Source: Mobula hypostoma
Lineage: Eukaryota
Assembly: GCF_963921235.1 (NCBI RefSeq)
Contig: NC_086129.1
Span: forward strand, 5,890,001-5,954,000
Direction of reading: 5' to 3'
DNA length: 64,000 nt
The notes below the pieces were generated by a model. It made no database searches and was not told the DNA's origin. It saw only the letters and a list, made by a program, of their open reading frames with translations. Of this stretch, positions 35,801-47,293 are shown one piece after another; the first letter of the stretch is position 1; each line of letters begins with the position of its first letter. Position numbers and translations under genes: made by a program.

Positions 35801-36661
35801 TGGAGTTTTCTGAGCATCACCCCTGTGTGCAGTGTTATTTAAGTCCTGACGTTCGCAGCCACAGACCGTTCTGTCTGGTTCACCATCACATTCACCTTTG
35901 ATCGGTTTGTCGCCATTTGCTGCCAAAAGGTGAAAACAAAATATTGCACCGGGAAAACTGCGGCTGTGGTTCTGACAACAACCGGCGCAATGTGCTTTCT
36001 GAAACACGTCCCCCGATACTTCACACTCGAACCCAGAGTGATCATCGGCGACGCACTGTGGTTCTGTGTGATGAAAGACAATTATTTCACTGACCCCGGG
36101 TGGGTAGGATATGACTGGTTCGATACGGTTTTAACTCCGTTCCTCCCTTTCGCTGGGATCCTGCTGCTCAACGCTCTGACAGTCAGGCACATTGTAGTGG
36201 CCAGTCGGGTCCGTAAGAGGCTGAAGGGTCAGAGCAAGGGGGAGAACCGCAGTGACCCGGAGATGGAGAGCAGGAGGAGGTCTGTGGTTTTACTCTTCAC
36301 CCTCTCCGGCAGCTTCGTCCTCCTGTGGATGACATACCTTGTAAATTTCATTTATTATCAGGTCTCAGGAAAAGGATTCGATTTCAATGATTCTGAACGG
36401 ATCTTTCAGCTCGTCGGGTTTTTGCTGAGGGATTTCAGCTGTTGCATCAACACATTTATTTACGCGGTGACTCAGTCAAAATTTAGGGAGCAGCTGATCA
36501 GCGCGGTGAAATATCCGGTCACCTCGGTGCTTCAGTTGATTAATAATGAGTACAGTGTCTCCAGTCCGGACTGTGGGTCCTCACAATCTCCGCCTGATCT
36601 CCCAGATATTAATCCCGGGCGGATTGTTCCATCGACCGGCAGGTACGGGGCATTAGGATAG
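32847..36661 (+). pseudogene. GPR139-like orphan GPCR gene C: join(32847..32913,35652..36661) with one in-frame TAA at 35840-35842
   Basis: Exon 1 MLDRYERVAKMLYVFIAVIGVP with G|gtgagt donor; acceptor ctccag|TG AAT; NLVAIVLLSRGKCGL, TFTFDRFVAICC, CINTFIY, KFREQL; frame continuous across the stop. Confidence 0.88.
33250..34944 (-). mobile_element. Young 5'-truncated CR1 LINE (RT domain) in the intron of gene C
   Basis: YRPVSLTSVV, YMDFSKAFDKV (34309..34734); KFADDTKVGG...FTQRLVGAWN (33104..34204); (ttctatg)n tail. Confidence 0.93.
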
Positions 36662-37199
36662 TGTGTCGGGGGTGGGTGGGGGGGGGGAGATAAGCAAAAC
36701 ATCGTCCTGAGACTGATTACAGTCCCTCATTAGGCCCGCCAGATGTCAGTCACAGAACTACTGCAGAATGCGCACATCCATTAGTCTGTGGATATGTCCA
36801 TCTAATCCGATTCCGCCTACCAACCTCACAGTCCGACATTACAAGACGGCTGCGGTCTAGTCTGATGCTGGTTGGTTAATCCAATGACATCACAACAGTC
36901 TCCGCCTTCCCATTTAATGATTGGCCAACGTGTTGAAGTAGGGCGGGCTTTGCATAAACGGCGATTGACACTCCAAATTAAAGTCGCATTTACACGACTA
37001 ACTGAACTGAGGTGTGGTGTAGAGAATTGGGAAACAACGCTTACTAAAAGCTAAATTACCCCCCAAATCACATAGATTGTACGTAATGAAACACAGTATC
37101 GCAAATTAAATTAAACACACTCCCATAATTTAAGAAATTTTTCAAATGAAAGCTTTCAAACAACAAAGATTGTAATGAAGCTGCATTTGATTTCCTTCT

Positions 37200-38110
37200 G
37201 CCTGATATGCTTCACCCTGAAATAGTATCTGTTCAACTGTTTCAAATGACAAAACCGACAAGACTCGGAATCATGTGTTCCAAAAAGATAGAAGAAATAC
37301 TCAATCGTACAATACACAATTCTCAGTCGTTTCAATATAATTCCCCCCCTTATTGTTTTATCCCTTTTCCAATAGACCTAACTGTGATGTACTCTGCAAA
37401 GTTGTCTCCTCCCATGCCCATTATCCCAGCAGACCTGCAATTCTTACCCACACCAGCCCCTTAACTTCTGCTTTGCTAGGTGGAAGGTCTTTATCCACAG
37501 TTGAAATTTGAACAGCTTTTGTAACTAAAGTTCTAAGTGCAAGGATCCATAACAAGTGGACAGAGAAACTAATACCTTCTGTATGAAATAATGTTTGATG
37601 AATTTCCAATAGTAAATCTGACCGACTGCTAGAGTAACCTGTTTAAGACTCATTAAATCCGTAAAGGCATTGAACAAATTAAAACTTTACATAGTCAAAT
37701 GTCCTCCACCCACTGTAATTCTATTTTATATACTGATAAATGATTGGTAAGTTGATTATTTATCCTTACCTGTAGTTCAGGCACAACAAACAGCTACACC
37801 AACATTCATAGTTGACCTATACTTTGACTCTTCTGTAAGAATGGTAACAGATTATGATAATTTTGCTTCATAAACAGACTCTCAGGCGTAACAGAATGCT
37901 TTGACTTTATTAAACTGTGTGACCTGAAACCAACCAGTCATAGGGAGAAGATGGTGTTACAGAGAACGTGACAGTGGGCATTTGTGTAATCCAACAATCC
38001 CATTTTCCCAGCGTGATAAGATCCCAACCTCCTAAAACTAAAAGCACTCTTCCTGTGATGCTCCCAACAGTTCTCTTACACAACTGCAACAGGATGATCA
38101 TTTCATTGTC
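37200..38110 (-). mobile_element. Degenerate Nimb/I-like LINE fragment
   Basis: Reverse complement resembles 55330-55410 joined to 56260-56560, and also 48880-49130. Confidence 0.5.
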
Positions 38111-38159
38111 CAGTCAACTTAATCCAGTGTGTTAACATTAACTGCAATCACCACAATTG

Positions 38160-39080
38160 ATTAGATTAGATCAACTTTATTGCCATTGTGCAGAGTACAG
38201 ATGCAAAGCCAATGAAATGCAGTTAACATCTGACCAGAAATGCAAAGAATAGTGTTATTTTCAAAATAGCTGCAAATAAAAAAGTGCTACAGCACACAAA
38301 TATAACAGTACTGAGACAGTACAATATGGGTGCAATACTGCTTAGCGCTGTGATGTGAGGTTCAGCAGTGTCACAGCCTCAGGGAAGAAGCTCTTCCTGT
38401 GTCTGCTGGTGTGGGAGCGGAGGCTCCTGTAGCGCCTACCGGATGGAAGGAGAGTAAAAAGTCCATAGTTAGGGTGAGATGCATCCCCGATAACGCTTTT
38501 CGCCCTGCCCAGGCAGCGTTTATGGTAGATGTTCTTAATGTTGAGCAATTGGGTGCCGATAATCCGCTGGGCAGTTTTCACCACATGCTGGAGTGCTTTG
38601 TGGTCCCAAATGGGACAAGTGCCATACGACACTGAGATACATTCGGTGAGTATGCTCTCAATGGTACAGCGGTAAAAGTCCATCTGTATCCTGGGACAGA
38701 GGTGAGCTTTCTTGATACTCCACAGGAAATAAAGGCGCTGTTGTGCATTTTTCATCAGGATGGCGGAGTTCAGGGACCAGGTGAGATCCTCGGAAATGTG
38801 GACACCAAGGAATTTTAAGCTTGATACACGGTCCACTACAGTTCCGTTGATGTAGATGGGGATGTGAGTGTGACTCTTAGCATGCCTGAAGTCCACAATT
38901 ATCTCCTTGGTCTCCTGGGTGTTAAGGGCCAGATTGTTGTCGACACACCATGAGGCCATGTGCTGGACCTCGTCTCTGTAGTCCGTCTCGTCATCCCCTC
39001 TGATCAGGCCAACCACCGTGGTGTCATCTGCGAAGTCGATTATGGAGTTAGAACCATGTAGAGGAATGCAGTCATAGGTT
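38160..39080 (-). mobile_element. Rex1/Babar-like LINE 3' portion (RT C-terminus)
   Basis: FADDTTVVGLI...FLGVHISEDLTWS...FYRCTIESILT...LPSGRRYRSL. Confidence 0.88.
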
Positions 39081-39084
39081 TCAG

Positions 39085-40905
39085 TTGAAGCAAGCAGCTG
39101 GGAAGAAGGGAGTGAAGAAATCGGGTAGAAAAAGTTTGTTTTTTTTAAACACTGCTCGGGGAGAATGGTCTGCAATGTGCAGGCGCATGACGTAGCGCGC
39201 CAAGGTTTAAAAGCAGACCACCATATACAGCGGCCATCGTCGGAATGGACTGAGTCAGAGTCGGATGGCTTTGGCTCAACAGGTTTCGGCAAGATCAGGT
39301 AGAGGCCAGAGTAGGTTCCGGTAAGTTTTTTGTTCAGATTGTCTAGCGTAGAGAGAATGCCAGGCAGGATGTTGGAATGCTCCTCTTGCAGGATGTGGGA
39401 AGTCAGGGAGTCCTCTGGTGTCCCTGACAACGACACCTGCAAGAAGTGCATCCAACTGCAGCTCCTAACAAACCACGTTAGGGAACTGGAGCAGGAGCTG
39501 GATGACCTGCGGATCATTCGGGAGAATGAGAAGATTATAAATAGTAGCTACAGGGAGGTAGTTACGCCAAAGGAGCAGAGGACAGGAAATTGGGTCACTG
39601 TCAGGCGAGGGAAGAGGAAAGGGCAGGCAGAGCAGGGTTCCCCTGTGGCCATTCCCCTCAAGAACAAGTATACCACATTGGATACTGTTGGGGGGGATGA
39701 CTTACCTGGGACTAGCTGCAGTAGCCGGATCTCTGGCACTGAGTCTGGCTCTGCAGTGCAGAAGGGAGGGGGGAGAAAGAGGAGAGTGGTAGTGATAGGG
39801 GACTCGATAGTTAGAGGCGCAGATAGGAGGTTCTGTGGTCGTGACAGAGAATCCAGGATGGTTTGTTGCCTCCCAGGTGCCAGGGTCAAGGATGTCTCTG
39901 ATCGATTGCATGACATTCTGAAGTGGGAGGGTGACCAGCCAGATGTCGTGGTGCACATAGGCACCAATGACATAGCAAGGAAGAGTGAAGAGGTCCTGGA
40001 CAGTGAGTATAGAGAGCTTGGTAGGAACTTGAAAAGCAGGACCTCGAGGGTGGTAATCTCAGGATTGCTACCTGTGCTAGGTGCCAGTGAGGGTAGGAAT
40101 AGGATGCTCTGGAGGAGGAACAAGTGGCTGAGGAACTGGTGTAGGGGGCAGGGTTTCAGATTTCAGGATCATTGGGACCTCTTCTGGGGCAGGTGGGACC
40201 TGTACAAGAGAGACGGGTTACACTTGAACCACAGAGGGACCAATATCCTTTCAGGGAGGTTTGTTAGTGCTATTGGGGAGGCTTTAAACTAGATTTGCAG
40301 GGCGATGGGAACCAGAGTGCCAGAGCTGACGGTGTGGCTGGGGTGAAAATAAATGATATTGAAAGTTTAAGCAAATCCGCTGATAGAAAGGTTGTGAGTG
40401 GTGGTAAAACTCTTCTGAGGTGTATATATTTCAATGCTAGGAGTATTGCGGGGAGGCGGATGAGTTGAGAGCGTGGATTGACACGTGGAATTATGATGTT
40501 GTAGCAATTAGTGAAACTTGGCTACAGGAGGGCCAGGACTGGCAGCTTAATATTCCAGGGTTTCGCTGTTTCAGATGTGATCGAGGCAGAGGAATGAAAG
40601 GTGGGGGAGTAGAATTGCTTGTTAGGGAAAATATTACAGCAGTGCTCAGGCAGGACAGATTAGAGGGCTTGTCTACTGAGTCTTTATGGGTGGAGCTGAG
40701 AAACGGGAAAGGTATGGCCACATTAGTGGGATTGTATTACAGACCACCCAATAGTCAACGAGACTTGGAAGAGCAAATCTGCAGAGAGATAGCAGACAAC
40801 TGCAGGAAACATAAAGTTTTGGTGGTAGGGGATTTTAATTTTCCATACATTGATTGGGACTCCCATACTGTTAGGGGTCTAGATGATTTAGAGTTTGTAA
40901 AAGTG
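39085..40905 (+). mobile_element. CR1 LINE 5' portion (5' UTR, ORF1, start of the ORF2 endonuclease)
   Basis: Intact ORF1, then YFNARS, ISETW, YYRPPN and GDFNFP endonuclease motifs; truncated at about 40905. Confidence 0.9.
39357..40292 (+). CDS. CR1 ORF1 protein (Cys zinc-binding motif, coiled coil, SGNH/GDSL-like esterase), 311 aa
   Basis: CSSC..CKKC, VRELEQELDDL, VIGDSIVRG, PGA, HIGTND, DGLHLN; no stops. Confidence 0.85.
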   Translation: MPGRMLECSSCRMWEVRESSGVPDNDTCKKCIQLQLLTNHVRELEQELDDLRIIRENEKIINSSYREVVTPKEQRTGNWVTVRRGKRKGQAEQGSPVAIPLKNKYTTLDTVGGDDLPGTSCSSRISGTESGSAVQKGGGRKRRVVVIGDSIVRGADRRFCGRDRESRMVCCLPGARVKDVSDRLHDILKWEGDQPDVVVHIGTNDIARKSEEVLDSEYRELGRNLKSRTSRVVISGLLPVLGASEGRNRMLWRRNKWLRNWCRGQGFRFQDHWDLFWGRWDLYKRDGLHLNHRGTNILSGRFVSAIGEALN

Positions 40906-41680
40906 TCTTCCTATAAGCTGCTGTACAACTGAGACACCACACAGAGATGCAGTATGTTCTCTATGGTGCAGCGGTAAAAGGTGTCCAGCATCTGTTCAGG
41001 GAGACCAGCTTTCTTCAGCGTCCTGAGGAAAAACAAGCGTGGCTGTGCTTTCTTAACTATTGTAGCGGTGTTAGTGGACCATGTAAGGTCTTCTGAGATA
41101 TGTATTCCCAGAAACCTGAAACTGGACACTCCCTCCACTATGTCTCCGTTAATGTAAACTGGAGCGTACTCGTCATCCCGTGACTTTCCAAAGTAAATAA
41201 TCAGCTCCTTGGTCTTTTCTGTATTAAGAGACAGGTTGTTCTCTGAGCACCCGCTCACTAAGTTCTGTGCCTCCGCTCTGTACACTGATTCGTCTCTGTT
41301 GGAGATCAACCCGATCACTGTTGTGTCGTCTGCGAATTTGACGATGGTATTGGTGTTAAATGCAGGTACACAGTCGTAAGTGAAGAGGGAGTAGGGTATG
41401 GGACTCAATACACAACCTTGTGGAGTACCAGTGTTCAGGATAGCAGTGGAGGACAGGTGAGGGCCCAGTCTCACTGCCTGTGAACGCTCTGACTAGAAAT
41501 TCAGGACCCAGTTGCAGAGTGATGTGCTGAGGCCCAGCTGGTGGAGTTTGGAGATGAGCTTGCTTGGGGCGACAGTATTAAAAGAAGAGCTGTAATCAAC
41601 AAACAACATCGTCACGTACGTGCCCTTTCCCTCCAGGTGTGCCAGGACAGTGTGAAGAGCTAATGAGATGGCATCCTCCG
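40906..41680 (-). mobile_element. Second Rex1/Babar-like LINE RT fragment
   Basis: TGTPQGCVLSP..YSLFTYDC...KFADDTTVIGLI. It overlaps the coding region of the 38160 copy, so it is a separate insertion. Confidence 0.85.
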
Positions 41681-42158
41681 CGGCCCCAAGGTTAGAGCTT
41701 GTGGGCCCGTTCGTCTCTGATTCACTCCAACGGTCCGCCCGTCCACTGACTCAGTTTTGGCAAGGGGTCTACCACCTATTGGGAACCTGCTCGCAGCGCC
41801 AAGAATCGATCAGCCTCTCTACCGGAGAACTTTCAGTTCAGACCCAGGGAATAGTTGTCTCGCACAGTTAGCTGAGAGTATTAGCAAGCTTGCGTTGCTC
41901 AGATGACCCACAGAGTCCCGCGCAGTGAGCTTTGGAAAACCTGCAAGTCAAGTGAGTCCCCGAGTACGGTCTGGGCTGTTGTTAACAGTATTCCTTATCA
42001 CATACATACTCTGATAAGGGTGCACAGTGCGGCTTCTCATCGAACAAACACTTCTTTGTTCAGACATTACTCTCACAGCACGACTTGTCAAGCTGCCAAT
42101 AACTGAGTTAGGTTTTAACCCTTTTACTTCTGCATATAATTCCCCAACGTTAGAGTCA

Positions 42159-43081
42159 ATCACAGACACGACAGCACAGATACTGCTCTTCGGCCCGTCA
42201 CCCTGTTGTTCCTCTACCGCGAGAGACGGTCAAAGAAACCAGAGCGCAGAAACAATCACCTTGACCCGTCAAACTGTCGCTCCTGTCCCGTGAGGGTGAT
42301 CCACAGACACGACACCGCAGAAACAGTCCATTCGGCCCATCAGCGTGTCGCTCCTGTCCCGTGAGAGTGATCCACAGACACGACACCACAGAAACAGTCC
42401 ATTCGGCCCATCAGCGTGTCGTTCCTGTCCCGTGAGGGTGATCCACAGACACGACACCGCAGAAACAGTCCATTCGGCCCATCAGCGTGTTGTTCCTGTC
42501 CCGTGAGGGTGATCCACAGACACGACACCGCAGAAACAGTCCATTCGGCCCATCAGCGTGTCGTTCCTGTCCCGTGAGGGTGAGTCACAGACACGACACC
42601 GCAGAAACAGTCCATTCGGCCCAGCAGCGTGTCATTCCTGTCCCGTGAGAGTGATCCACAGACACGACACCGCAGAAACAGTCCATTCGGCCCATCAGCG
42701 TGTTGTTCCTGTCCCGTGAGGGTGATCCACAGACACGACACCGCAGAAACAGTCCATTCGGCCCATCAGCGTGTCGTTCCTGTCCCGTGAGGGTGAGTCA
42801 CAGACACGACACCGCAGAAACAGTCCATTCGGCCCAGCAGCGTGTCATTCCTGTCCCGTGAGAGTGATCCACAGACACGACACCACAGAAACAGTCCGTT
42901 CGGCCCATCAGCGGGTCGTTCATGTCCCGTGAGGGTGATCCACAGACACGACACCACAGAAACAGTCCATTCGGCCCATCAACCTGTCGTTCCTGTTCCG
43001 TGATATAGAGTCACAGACACGACACCACAGAAACAGTCCATTCAGCCCATCAGCGTGTAGTTCCTGTCCCGTTAGACTGAG
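42159..43081. repeat. 71-bp minisatellite (11 conserved and 2 degenerate units)
   Basis: ccacagacacgacaccgcagaaacagtccattcggcccatcagcgtgtcgttcctgtcccgtgagggtgat repeats every 71 bp from 42301 to 43081. Confidence 0.95.
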
Positions 43082-43334
43082 TCAGCAACCCGACAGGACC
43101 CATTATCCTAACATTAATGTTCCGTTTGAGTCAGTCTCAGAACGTAGAGCACAGAAACAGACTCTTCGTATCTTATCCTGGCTGTGAGAGTCAATTACAG
43201 ACACAACACCACATAGACCGTCAGGGCCATTATCTTGTTATTCCTCGCACATTAGAGTCAGCCACAGACGTGACAGCGAAGAAAAAGGCCCTTCGGCCCA
43301 TTTTTCAAACGATCCATTTCTGCGCCTGAAATAA

Positions 43335-43736
43335 TTATTATGGTCTGGTCACATGACCCGCAGACCGACAGAGCAATTTCCTGGTCCTTCTCGGCCAGGC
43401 GGAGGCAGATTTACACCCTCAGTTTGCCTTTGCTGGAGAGGTTCAGAGGTTGGATTAGACGGTTGGTGAATAGTTAAATGGGACAGTTAAAAGACAAAGT
43501 TTTTATTATGGAGAAAGCCACTATATATTTGCAATTTATTCTGCATAAGCATATGTTTTCATTTGTTTTTTTTTTCTTCTAAATAACTTTAGGGCAGTTT
43601 TTATACTTTTTTTTCCACCTGGCAGTAAATAAAACCCCTTGCACCCCCCGTGTTAGTGCGGACTGCCATCGGTTTGATTTTTAACTGCTGACCCTCGTCG
43701 TGTACACTTCCCCACACCTGATAGCGAGGTGTGACA
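43335..43736 (+). mobile_element. Possible Gypsy-like solo LTR remnant
   Basis: AATAAA near 43628 and an end in gtgtgaca; start degenerate, no TSD. Confidence 0.25.
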
Positions 43737-43749
43737 CCCCGAAATGCCC

Positions 43750-44860
43750 ATGAGATTGTCCCAGAGCAAAGACCATTTCAAACTGTTCACAAGTTAGCTG
43801 TCTCCACCTTCCAGAATAGCAAAACCAAAGTTCAACGTTCAAACTGTATTTATAACTAAAGTACCTTAAGATTCATCTGTGTGCACCTCAGAATCTACTA
43901 CATACCCCCAAATCTACCCACACACGCACAATCAAATTCGAGTGCATGCTCTTATTCGACAACACACCCCCATATCAGAGTGCACCCCCATATTAGCCGA
44001 CACGTCCCCAGATCTGTGCCGGTCACAAATCCATGTGCATCCCCAAATCCCAATGCATCCCACAAGTCAGTGTGCACCGTCAAATCCATGACATCCCTAA
44101 ATCTGCGTGCAATCCTAAATCTATCTGCACCCTCAAATCCGTGTGCAGCCCAAACCCGCTGACACCACCGCGAGCAAATTAGATTATCCCAGAGCAAGAA
44201 CAATGTCGAACAGTTCACAAAAGAGCTCGCTCCACCTTACAAAACTGGCAAGGACAAAGTTCAAATTCAAACTGTGTATATCAGTAAAGTATCTGTGAAT
44301 GAAGCAACGTTGAGATTCATCACAGCTCAAATCGACCTACACCACCTGATCCCCCACATTCACCCACACACCCCTCAGTCTGTGCACTTCCCCAAACCTG
44401 TGCGCACTCCTAAACCCACTGACACCACACATACGTATTATATTACCCCACCGCAAGAATCATTTTAAACTGTTCAGTAAACAGCTGCCTCCACCTTAAA
44501 CCAATATCAAGAACAAAGTTCAAAGTGTATTTATTGTTAATGTATCAAAAACGAAAAACCGTCCGTTTCATCACAATCCCAAATCTGTGAGCACCCCAAA
44601 TCCGTGTCCGCAAACATAACTATGTACACCCCCCAAATCTGTGTGCACTGACAAATCGGTATGCACCCCAAACCCACTGACACCCTCCAAATGCACATTA
44701 GATTATACCAGACTAAGAATCATTTCAAACAGATCCTAAACAGCTGTCCTACCTTAAAAATAATCAAGAACAAAGTTCAAACTTCAGAATTTATTATTTA
44801 AGTATCTATAAATGTAACATCCTTGAGATTCGTCACCACTCCAAATCCACCGACACTCCC
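43750..44860. repeat. Old hierarchical tandem repeat
   Basis: About 110-bp core at about 43752, 44181, 44441 and 44700, separated by roughly 18-20-bp ccccaaatccgtgtgca sub-repeats. Confidence 0.7.
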
Positions 44861-44879
44861 AAATGTGCTCTGTGTGAGA

Positions 44880-46219
44880 AGTCAGAGTGTGGCAGTAGAT
44901 AGTTGCCTCCCTGACTGAAGGCCTCTGACCAGTGATGTGCCGCAGGGATCCATGCTGGATCCTTTGTTGCTTGTCATCTACATCAACAATCTGGACGATA
45001 ATGTGATAAACTGGATCAGAAAATTTGCTAATGCCACCAAGATTGAGGTTGTAGTGGACAGTGGAGAAGTCTATCATCGTTTTCAGCAGGATCTGAACCA
45101 GCTGGAAACATGGGCTGAAAAATAGCATATGGAATTTGATGTAAACAAGAGGGAGGTGTTGCACTTCGACACAACCAAGCAGAGAGCTCTTACAAAGTAA
45201 ACGGAAGTATATTCGGATTGGAGGGTTGTGACTCGTGGTGTCCCACAATGGTCCGTTCTGGGACCTCTGGTTTTCGTGATTTTTATTAACCACCTGGATG
45301 TCGGGGTAGAAGGGTGGGTTGGCAAGTTTGCAGACGACACAAAGGTTGGTGTTGTTGTAGATAGTGTAGAGGATTGTCAAAGATTGTAGAGAGAGATTGA
45401 TAGGATACAGAAGTGGGCTGCGAAGTGGCAGATGGAGTTCAACCCGGAGAAGTGTGAGGTGGTACACTTTGGAAGGACAAACTCCAAGGCAGAGTACAAA
45501 GTAAATGGCAGGATACTTGGTAATGTGGAGAGCAGAGGGATCTGCGGGTACCTCTCCACAGATCCCAGAAAGTTGCCTCACAAGTGGATAGGATAGTTAC
45601 GAAAGCTTATGGGGTGTTAGTTTTCATAAGTCGAGGGATAGAGTTTAAGGGTCGCGATGTAATGTTGCAGCTCTATAAAACTCTGGTTAGGCCACACTTG
45701 GAGTACTGTGTCCAGTTGTGGTCACCTCACTATAGGAAGGATGTGGAAGCACTGGAAAGGGTACAGAAGAGATTTACCAAGATGCTGCCTGGTTTAGAGA
45801 GTATGCATTATGATCAGAGATTAGGGGAGCTGGGCTTTACTCCATGGAGAGAAGGAGGATGAGAGGAGACATGGCAGAGGTATACAAGATATTAAGACTA
45901 ATAGATAGAGTGGACAGTCATCGCCTCTTCCCCAGGGCACCAATGGTCAGTACAAGAGGCTATGGCTTTAAGGTAAGGGGTGGGAAGTTCAAGGGGTATA
46001 TTAGAAGATGTTTTTTTTACTAGAGTGTGGTTGGTGCGTGGAATGCACTGCCTGAGTCAGTGGTGGAGGCAGATACACTAGTGGAATTTAAGAGCCTGCT
46101 AGGCAAATATATGGAAGAATTTAAGGTGGAGGTTATATGAGAGGTAGGGTTTAAGGTTCGGAACAAAATTGTGGGCCGAAGGGCCTGTACTGTGCTGTAA
46201 TATTCTATGTTCTATGTTC
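44880..46219 (+). mobile_element. Two abutting CR1 RT fragments; 45205-46219 is the same subfamily as 33250-34944
   Basis: PQGSMLDPLLLVIYINNLDD; second copy aagtttgcagacgacacaaaggttgg through a (ttctatg)n tail. Confidence 0.88.
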
Positions 46220-46899
46220 CTACAACGGTGGTCGCTGATTTGTTGTGAGTCTGTCTGAGGACGGACTGCGGCCGGGAAGAGTGTATGTCAGTCCCAGTTT
46301 GTTCTCAGGATCAAAGGAGTTTCCCTGGAGCTCAAAGTTCAAAGTACATTTTATTATCAGAGTAGAGATAACGAGACATTAAATAACCGCAGCGGCTGCT
46401 GATCGATTTCTGTAGCTCTCGCCGCTCCCCCGTTCAATCAGATAGGCTGAAGGCCAAGGGAGTAGAAGAGGCAAAGGTAAACTCGTGTTTCAGAAAATAC
46501 GAAACAGAAGCAGGCGTTGCCATTCGGCCCCCCACGCTGGTCTGCTTTTCACTCAGAACATGCCCCATCTTTGACCTCAGCGACACTTTCCTGCAGCGTT
46601 CCCAGCATCGCAGAGCCCCTAAATTTGCTCTTTCAATTTAGAAACCTTGTGGAGAAAATTCCAAAGATTCACTGCACTCTGGGTGAGAAAATTTCTCCTC
46701 ATCTCTGTCCTGCTGAGCTGACGCGGATTTTGAGTCTGTGAGACTCCCCAGCCAGGGGGAGACATCATTCCTGCCCCTACCCTGTAAATACCCTCTGAGA
46801 AATTGTCTGTCCCAGTCAGAACACCTCTTATTTATGTCATTCTGAGACTGGCCCAGTGCGATAATTGGATTCGGGAGCAACTCAGTGCATGAACAAGTC

Positions 46900-47150
46900 A
46901 GTGCATTTATGCTGTATCGTTCAGGAGTCTGATGGTTGAGGTGTAGTAACTGTTCCTGAACCTGGTCCGAGTCCTGAGGCTCTTGTACCTTCTACCAGAT
47001 TGCAGCACCGAGAAAAGAGTCTGGCCTGGGTGGTGAGCATCTCTGATGATGGATGCTGATTTGCCACGACAGCGTTTCAAGTAGATGTGCTCAATGATTG
47101 GGTGGGCTCCACCCGTGATGTACTGGGCTGAGTCCAATACTTTGTGTCGG
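46900..47150 (-). mobile_element. Rex1/Babar-like LINE 3' fragment
   Basis: SIIRDAHHPGQTLFSVLQSGRRYKSLRTRTRFRNSYY. Confidence 0.75.
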
Positions 47151-47293
47151 TTCATCAAGAGGGCGATGAACTACTTTGGTCATCGCGATCCATGTGAACC
47201 TCTCAGACCAGCAATTTTGACCTCAAGAACATCAGACTGTGCTCAGCACAGAATGCCCTGCAGTTAATGCAGGAGAAGGGCTGGATGTGTAAA

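Noticed and set aside
38342-39517. 391-aa ORF as one novel protein
   Set aside because: Chance fusion of antisense CR1 5' sequence with a Rex1-like RT fragment
42159-43081. CRISPR-like regularly spaced array
   Set aside because: Whole 71-bp units repeat with no unique spacers, no cas genes are present, and the DNA is vertebrate; it is a minisatellite
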